Assembly (NCBI GenBank): GCA_963707125.1
Contig: CAVPOU010000013.1
Location: 64,007-128,006, forward strand
Source of the DNA: an uncultured delta proteobacterium
Lineage (GTDB): Bacteria > Desulfobacterota > DSM-4660 > Desulfatiglandales > HGW-15
Direction of reading: 5' to 3'
DNA length: 64,000 nucleotides
The notes below the pieces were generated by a model that was not told the DNA's origin, did no database searches, and saw only the letters and a list, made by a program, of their open reading frames with translations. This document shows positions 57,958 through 64,000 of the stretch, in pieces. Position 1 is the first letter of the stretch. Each line of letters opens with the position of its first letter. The translations under genes were made by a program, and so were the position numbers.

Positions 57958-58001
57958 GGGTTTCTTGGTGTTGTCAAGTCATAACTCTCTCACCTCCTCC
58001 C
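57958..58001. repeat. 44 bp inverted repeat, right copy (overlaps the 3' end of the integrase remnant)
   Basis: gggtttcttggtgttgtcaagtcataactctctcacctcctccc. Confidence 0.85.
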
Positions 58002-58231
58002 TCTTGCATGATAACGGTCATGGCTTTGAAGTAGTCCCTCTGCACTTTGAGGTTAGAGACAGTGCAGTACCTTTGCGTGGTTTTGATCCTGCTGTGGCCC
58101 AGAAGATCCTGGATGGTGACCAGGTCTGCATCGGCATTAAGTAACTGTGTGGCCATGGTATGGCGTAGATGATGACAAGAAACTTCCAATCTTGCTGACC
58201 AAGACGGGATCGTCCCGACCGTGGCGCTCAC
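57974..58231 (-). pseudogene. C-terminal remnant of a tyrosine recombinase/integrase
   Basis: [12 protein letters not shown] (HxxR) and [13 protein letters not shown] (catalytic Tyr region) are present. The N-terminal ~250 aa are absent. Confidence 0.7.
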
Positions 58232-58376
58232 TTCCCACGCTCTTTGATCCTATCTCTTTCCACACCCCCTGGGCGGGGCCACTGGCATTCCATTTCAAAA
58301 AGCTAAAATGTTACGAAAAAATGACATTACCCACTTCAAGAGAGGCTCGCTGTCCGGTTTATTGCCATCGCATGGG

Positions 58377-59591
58377 TTATCCCATTTTCTTGCATAGAAA
58401 GTGCAAGTTGAAGGGGTCATCAGGGATATCCAATACCTGAACCGTTCTAAACCCGGCTTCGTTAAGCATCTTGACTGCTCCTTGCCGCCCCCACATCATC
58501 CCTAGACCTGCACCGCCATCAACTAAACCTACCGGCATGCAATGCATCAAGCTGACCGTGTATAAGAAGGGTCCAATGGGATGATCCTTATTATCAGACA
58601 AATAACTGCTTGCTGCTATATCGACCATTGAAAACAACCCGCCCTGCCTCAATATCGCATGAACATTGATCAGAGCATCGAGCGGTCGGGTTTGGTCGTG
58701 AATAGAGTCAAAGGCCGTCACGTAATCAAATGACTCCAGAAGGTGACGATTATCCTTGAGAAAAGCAGCATCCAAGTTAAGAAAAGACACATTTCGCAAT
58801 CTCTTGCTTGACGCCACACATCGAGCTTTCTCAATAGATTCATCTGAGATATCAATACCAATGAACGCACTATTAGGGAACGCTTCTGCCATGAGCATAA
58901 CCGCAATACCCTCGGCGCATCCAAGATCGCATACGTGTATTCCGCTCCTCAACTGCTCTATGAGTCGACCTTCCGCAACAGAGGGCAGAAATTTGTCGAC
59001 CAGAACTGCGCGATGTTTGGCATCAGCCAATTGGGCCATAAATTCATAAAACGCTGGATAATGGCGATACGTTACCCCTTCACCCGTGCTAAATCCTTGG
59101 AGTACCGGTTCAATTGCGCAGGTCGTCAGCAGCGGTATCTCTTGGGTGTATACTCCCAGATTAGAGTTGCCGGCTCGCCTCGTTATCAGGTCAGCATGCT
59201 CCTTTGGAAGATAGAATAAATCCTCTTCTGATGAGCTCTGTGACAATTCCACAATCCCTCCTGAAACCATCACCCCAAGCCATTCTTTGACATACCGTTC
59301 ATTCAATCCCGCTTTCTTTGCGATAGCTGAATCGGTTTGTGGCAATTCAAATCCATCCATCACGTCGAAGAGTCGAGTTCTGTATCCAATCGCCAAAGCG
59401 AGATTCAGTGCGCCATCATTTAGGATAGCAGTCAGGCGCTTTGAGAATTTCCTTTGTTTTTCAACCGAGTTCGCATTCATAAGTCGCCTACACTCTAAAC
59501 ACGGGATAATCGTCTTCCGGGGATATGTGTAGAATACTCTGGCTTCTAGCGTTGTAGGATTTGCCACGTCTGGATTCTTGCGGTTGCTCAC
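58377..59591 (-). CDS. class I SAM-dependent methyltransferase with an N-terminal helical/winged-helix-like domain
   Basis: The SAM motif I is VCDLGCAEG. The acidic loop reads FIGIDISDE. G+C is lower than in the neighbouring genes. Confidence 0.7.
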   Translation of the reverse strand: MSNRKNPDVANPTTLEARVFYTYPRKTIIPCLECRRLMNANSVEKQRKFSKRLTAILNDGALNLALAIGYRTRLFDVMDGFELPQTDSAIAKKAGLNERYVKEWLGVMVSGGIVELSQSSSEEDLFYLPKEHADLITRRAGNSNLGVYTQEIPLLTTCAIEPVLQGFSTGEGVTYRHYPAFYEFMAQLADAKHRAVLVDKFLPSVAEGRLIEQLRSGIHVCDLGCAEGIAVMLMAEAFPNSAFIGIDISDESIEKARCVASSKRLRNVSFLNLDAAFLKDNRHLLESFDYVTAFDSIHDQTRPLDALINVHAILRQGGLFSMVDIAASSYLSDNKDHPIGPFLYTVSLMHCMPVGLVDGGAGLGMMWGRQGAVKMLNEAGFRTVQVLDIPDDPFNLHFLCKKMG

Positions 59592-59718
59592 AAAAAATGA
59601 TCCCGGCGTGAAGTCAGGTTCTGGTATGGATTATCAACAGTATCTATAACCCATGATTGGCGCCACCTTCTCAGAGGGTCTCAATCTTTACGGGCTATGA
59701 CACGACTACCGTCAGGCT

Positions 59719-60216
59719 TCAGGATCTTTTTCTCCTCTTCCGCGCAACTGTCCTGCCCCTGCTGCTCTTCGCTTGAGCCTCGGCCACTTTCGTTCTTGCC
59801 TCTCTAGCCCCCAGCCCTCTGATCGAAAGAAGGGCTGCCTTGGTTTTGTCGCGCAGTCTCAGCGCCCCCTCCTTCCTTTCCCACAGGTACACCGAGTGAG
59901 CGGTGGTTCCCAATAATTTTCCGAAATCGGACTGGCTCAGACGCAATCTGTTCCGGAGACTGCGAATGCCTTTTGATGTTAACCGGGCTTTCGTGGTTTC
60001 TTCAGTAACCGTCTGAGGGGATTCTACCTGGTACTTTTTCATCGTCGCTACGAGGCGCCTGTTCTCCTTTTCAAGTAAGAGCACTCTTCTCTTCAAATCC
60101 GCCACAATTTTCCTTAGCCACGTGTTCGACTTTCCAATCCCCTGAGTAGCGCCTTTGGCTTCCTTCCTGCTGATTCTCATAATTTCCGCTTTCAGAACTT
60201 TCGCAATGTTCGACAT
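59719..60216 (-). CDS. HTH (XRE-like) DNA-binding protein with a basic tail
   Basis: LRLSQSDFGKLLGTTAHSVYLWE. Start taken at MSNIAK. Confidence 0.5.
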   Translation of the reverse strand: MSNIAKVLKAEIMRISRKEAKGATQGIGKSNTWLRKIVADLKRRVLLLEKENRRLVATMKKYQVESPQTVTEETTKARLTSKGIRSLRNRLRLSQSDFGKLLGTTAHSVYLWERKEGALRLRDKTKAALLSIRGLGAREARTKVAEAQAKSSRGRTVARKRRKRS

Positions 60217-60890
60217 AGCATGCACTCCTTTCGTTTCCGGGTTCATAATATCCAGCATATTCTAAGGCATCTAAAAATACTTATATATGAAACATTCAGA
60301 TATTGCAATTTCATAAACTCATCGTCAAAGGAGATGCTAATTCCAGAAGGAGTTAACAGGGCGCAGTGGATCATGGAAGGTTTACCTCACGGCAAGACAA
60401 GCAGGGCTGGATGCCCCTGGTCCCGTTCATCAGGTCATGGGGCGGGGAATGGAATGAGTAAAGATATTCCGCAATAAGGCTTATGGAGAGGACTTTCTGG
60501 ATCGAGGAATCGAATCTGTGTTCGGGATCTATTGTTCTCAATCTGGCCTTTTTGGGCACTTCATTCTTGACCTATCGAACGAGAGTTGCGTTCAGAAGAG
60601 AAGTCCGATCCGAGAAAAGGTACAGTGGCCTCCCAACAGAACAAGCGCGGTCCGTCAGGAGTGAGGTAAGCCCATTTTGATAGGTTTCTCCATGAGTAAC
60701 CTCCGCTATGGAGGCTAAAGTGTGGAAGGCAAAATACTTATGCCATGGGTTGTAAAAGGCCTGGGAAGTCAAGAAAAACCTTTTCCTTAGAACCGGTTGA
60801 ACCGGACGGGTCCAGCCCGACGGATTGAGGCCTATATCAAAACCTCGTGGGGCAGCAAGAAAAAAGTTGAGGGTACGGAAAGGCAAAGTA

Positions 60891-60911
60891 AAAGCCCCTT
60901 TCGGGGCTTTT
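60891..60911. terminator. bidirectional hairpin terminator
   Basis: aaagcccc-tttc-ggggcttt is flanked by A/T runs and lies 50 nt after the stop of the response-regulator gene. Confidence 0.6.
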
Positions 60912-60960
60912 ACCAGAGGAAGGCTCCAGAGATCAGAGTCAGCGCTTATGAGGCAGAGTC

Positions 60961-61446
60961 TCAAGTGTAGGGGAAGGTGCGCCAGAATTCCTTGTCCTTG
61001 TCCTTCCATTCCACTTCGAATTTCCTGTTGTAATAGGACTCGAATCTTTCCAGCCAGCGCCACCAGGTGCTTTTCCCTGCCTCGACCGCCTGCAACACAT
61101 CATTCAGGTACTCTGCGATGTCTACGATTTTGTCCTTAGGCACATAGAGGGCGGCTCCCCTCTTGTAGGAGGTGATCGTGTGGTCGGGACTCAAAGCATG
61201 GGCGGTGAGCATCACAGGGATCACTTTTCTGTTCCGTGCAATCTCGAGAAGCTTGTATCCATCCACGCCCATGATATCCAGAACAGCCACGTCAAAAACC
61301 TGGGTTTCCAAAGCCAGCTTGGCCTCTTCAAAGGTAGAAGCCTTCACCACCTCACACATGGACAGCAGTTCTTCGAGAGTCTCAAGGACGTCAGGCTCAT
61401 CATCCACGATCAGAACAATTTTACCTTCCAGAAGATTCCTGGTCAT
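60961..61446 (-). CDS. single-domain response regulator with a short C-terminal extension
   Basis: IVLIVDDEPDV, the phosphoacceptor region DVAVLDIMG and LTAH..YVPKD are present. GGAGG sits upstream of the ATG at 61446. Confidence 0.8.
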   Translation of the reverse strand: MTRNLLEGKIVLIVDDEPDVLETLEELLSMCEVVKASTFEEAKLALETQVFDVAVLDIMGVDGYKLLEIARNRKVIPVMLTAHALSPDHTITSYKRGAALYVPKDKIVDIAEYLNDVLQAVEAGKSTWWRWLERFESYYNRKFEVEWKDKDKEFWRTFPYT

Positions 61447-61670
61447 TTTCAAACCTCCGTTGAAATATTCTTCCCATCCCTCTATTTTCCAATAGGCCGA
61501 AGCGATTTTTCTGTCAACTTCTTTTTCAAGGTGTAAAAGAATGGGGGCGGGAGACCTTGCTGAATCTAGGGTTGACAACGCTTCGAGGTTGCCCTTAGAA
61601 TTGCTTGCAGGGTCATATCGTAAATAGGAAATCCCCGTCGTTCCTTAGAGGGTCCAGAAGGAGATAAGAA

Positions 61671-62627
61671 ATGCAGGAAGAGAAACCGGAAAGATCTCAT
61701 GTTCGAGGACACGGCCGCATCGCCGTTTTGGTGCTCCTCATCCTTGTCGTTTTCTGTGTCGTGGTGATGGTGATCAATTCCAGAAAGCCCCAGTCTCATC
61801 CCATGGAAAAGTTGGACAAGAAGGTCAAAGGCGCTCACTTCATCAAGATCAATGAGATGCTGATCAAGGATATGGCTGATAACTGGCTGCCCAACGATAC
61901 GTTCTGGCCAACGGCCTTTCTGGATAACATGCCCAATTTCCAGCTGGGTGTCCTTGAGGTTGTGCGATACAATGCCAGGGTGTTGCGGGATAACCTCTCT
62001 CGCATGAGGACGACAGACCGGCTGGACCCAAGTGCCGAAGCCGCTTTCACGAATTTGTCCAATGACCCCTTCAAATGGTGGTTCCCGTCTGCTGAAAGCA
62101 AATGGAAACTGGCCTTCCAACACCTGGAGACTTACAACCAGAATCTCGCTTCAGGGAAGTCTCATTTCTATCCCAGGGCCGACAACCTGATAGAACTCCT
62201 TAATCAGTATCTGTCTCTTATGGGTGGAGCGAACACCCGGTTGATCAATGCACCACGGGATCTGAAAGCCGCTGTTTCCATCGAGGGGCAGAAGGATAAG
62301 GCAGCGCCGGCTCAAACCGTGGACATCGATATTCCCTGGCGACAAATTGATGACAACTTCTACTATGCCCAGGGCGTGGCTTACGCATTGTATGAGTCCT
62401 TCAGGGCGATTCGAGTCGACTTCAACGAGGTTCTCACGGACAAGAACTCCGTGACCCTGGTCGACAAGATCCTGGAGATTCTCGGTCGATGCTATTTCGA
62501 GCCCTTGATCGTTTTCAATGGGGACCCGGACAGCATTTTCGCAAACCATTCCTTGAATCTCTCAGGAATATTCAATGACGCCAGGCAGAAGATGAATTCC
62601 CTGACCGTGGCCCTGATGCAAGGGTAG
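61671..62627 (+). CDS. DUF2333-like membrane-anchored protein
   Basis: It has an N-terminal TM segment. WLPNDTFWPTAFLDNMPNFQLGVLEVVRYNARVLRDNLSR resembles DUF2333 as I recall it. Confidence 0.45.
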   Translation: MQEEKPERSHVRGHGRIAVLVLLILVVFCVVVMVINSRKPQSHPMEKLDKKVKGAHFIKINEMLIKDMADNWLPNDTFWPTAFLDNMPNFQLGVLEVVRYNARVLRDNLSRMRTTDRLDPSAEAAFTNLSNDPFKWWFPSAESKWKLAFQHLETYNQNLASGKSHFYPRADNLIELLNQYLSLMGGANTRLINAPRDLKAAVSIEGQKDKAAPAQTVDIDIPWRQIDDNFYYAQGVAYALYESFRAIRVDFNEVLTDKNSVTLVDKILEILGRCYFEPLIVFNGDPDSIFANHSLNLSGIFNDARQKMNSLTVALMQG

Positions 62628-62804
62628 GGAAGACGGCGCCTAAAGTGAGCACGATGCTAAGGCCCACGGTTAAAGACCCTAAGACGCCAGAAGGATAGGA
62701 GAGCGATGGGTAATACAAGGGAGCTAAAGGAGTTCTTTCGATCGATGATGCATTATCCGATGCACCGTGCTCCGTGCGCCGTGCTACAGGTGTTAGTGTC
62801 TAAA

Positions 62805-63146
62805 ATGCATGAAATGTCCATTGCCCAGAGCCTGATCACCATCGTCCAGGAGGAGATGGCAAGAAACGGCGCGAAAGCGCTCAGGTCGGTGCGCCTGAGT
62901 ATCGGGGAGATGTCCGCCATTGTGCCGGAGTCTCTGTCCTTTTGTTTTGAGATTATCATCGAGGGAACTCCTCTTGAAGGGGCGAGACTCATCATGGACA
63001 GGATTCCTCTCAAAGGATACTGCCCGGACTGTGAACGGCCGTTCCCTATCAAGGAGTTTGTTTTCGTTTGCCCGACCTGCGGCAGCACAAATGTGGAAAC
63101 GATTGAGGGACAGGAGCTGTCGATCGTCGAGATGGAGGTGGAGTGA
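62805..63146 (+). CDS. hypA: hydrogenase nickel-incorporation protein HypA
   Basis: MHEMSIAQSL is present, with the zinc site CPDC...CPTCGS. Confidence 0.85.
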   Translation: MHEMSIAQSLITIVQEEMARNGAKALRSVRLSIGEMSAIVPESLSFCFEIIIEGTPLEGARLIMDRIPLKGYCPDCERPFPIKEFVFVCPTCGSTNVETIEGQELSIVEMEVE

Positions 63147-63149
63147 GAA

Positions 63150-63290
63150 AAAGAGAGAAGACAGGAGACAGAATACAGAAGACAGTAGTAAAACCAGTGA
63201 ACGGTGAGCAGTGGGCAGTTAGGAAGACAGAAGACAGTAGGAAAAGCGAGGAACGGTGAACGGTCAACAGTGAACGGTGAACCGTGAACG
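63150..63290. repeat. degenerate short tandem motifs (agaagacag / gtgaacggt)
   Basis: Repeated gacag.ag and (g)gtgaacg(g) units lie between hypA and hypB. Confidence 0.55.
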
Positions 63291-63308
63291 ATTTGGCGGA
63301 GGTTTTTC

Positions 63309-63989
63309 ATGAAAGTTTCGGTGGTGAGAAATATCCTGGAGGCGAACGAGCGGATCGCTGAACAAAACAAGGCTTTGTTTCAAGAACATCACCTGCTGGT
63401 CATCAATCTCATGAGCTCTCCGGGTGCTGGAAAAACCAGCCTTCTGGAAAAAACGATTGATGCCCTGAAAAAGGATCTCCGAATCGGAGTGATCGAAGGA
63501 GATATCCAGTCCACGAGCGACGCCGAGCGCATTGCCCGGAAGGGAGTTCCCGCGGTGCAGATCAACACGGGAGGGGCATGCCATCTGGACGGGAACATGA
63601 TCCGGGAGACCTTTCAAGAGTTCGATTTCAGCCGATTGGATCTCCTGGTGGTCGAGAACGTCGGAAACCTTGTTTGTCCTGCGGAGTTCAACGTAGGAGA
63701 GGACTTTAAGGTCATGATCTTAAGCGTTGCGGAGGGGGATGACAAACCGTCCAAGTACCCTCTCATGTTTCACGAGTCGAAAGTGCTCCTGGTCAACAAA
63801 ATAGATCTCCTTCCCTATGTGGATTGCAGCGTGGAGAAAATCATTAAGGACTCTTTGAACATCAATCCGGAGTTGGCCATCTTCCAGGTCTCTTGCAAGA
63901 CCGGGGAAGGCCTTGAAGACTGGTACCGGTGGTTGCGTGAGAGAGTGAAGGAGAAATCGCGGAGCTTCAGAGAGGGATGCCACGGTTGA
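63309..63989 (+). CDS. hypB: hydrogenase nickel-incorporation GTPase HypB
   Basis: The P-loop is SSPGAGKTSLL. ENVGNLVCP and NKIDL are also present. Confidence 0.9.
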   Translation: MKVSVVRNILEANERIAEQNKALFQEHHLLVINLMSSPGAGKTSLLEKTIDALKKDLRIGVIEGDIQSTSDAERIARKGVPAVQINTGGACHLDGNMIRETFQEFDFSRLDLLVVENVGNLVCPAEFNVGEDFKVMILSVAEGDDKPSKYPLMFHESKVLLVNKIDLLPYVDCSVEKIIKDSLNINPELAIFQVSCKTGEGLEDWYRWLRERVKEKSRSFREGCHG

Positions 63990-64000
63990 CGATTTGAAAC

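Overview
This is a 64 kb window of moderately GC-rich bacterial chromosome. The gene content suggests an anaerobic, deltaproteobacterium-like (syntrophic or sulfate-reducer-type) organism, but that taxonomic call is tentative. I saw no rRNA, tRNA or CRISPR array. Recognisable content, left to right: (1) an amino-acid ABC transporter next to a D-cysteine desulfhydrase/ACC-deaminase-family gene, a radical-SAM/SPASM enzyme and two saccharopine-dehydrogenase-family genes. (2) Two tandem paralogous cytoplasmic PAS-GAF histidine kinases with a Cys-rich insert. (3) An OmpR-type two-component system followed by a rearranged lipid A remodelling region (ArnT-like GT39, PAP2 phosphatase, outer-membrane barrel, plus decayed paralogous fragments). 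(4) Nested in that region, a lower-GC 6.6 kb block encoding the whole shikimate pathway plus chorismate mutase, directly upstream of a cmoA (carboxy-SAM synthase) gene. That cmoA is translationally coupled to an ICMT/PEMT-fold membrane methyltransferase. I consider this the most interesting candidate system. (5) Housekeeping genes: nifS, mreB, cspA-like, hypAB, an amidase and several hydrolases. (6) An AhpD/CMD-family gene with an in-frame UGA and a downstream hairpin, which is a probable selenoprotein split by the ORF track. (7) A 3 kb cassette (higBA, hydrolase, EamA halves) bracketed by 44 bp inverted repeats and a decayed integrase. The window also carries many truncated or frameshifted genes and at least seven families of palindromic REP/MITE-like intergenic repeats. 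All functional calls come from motif recognition in the translated ORFs; no searches were run.
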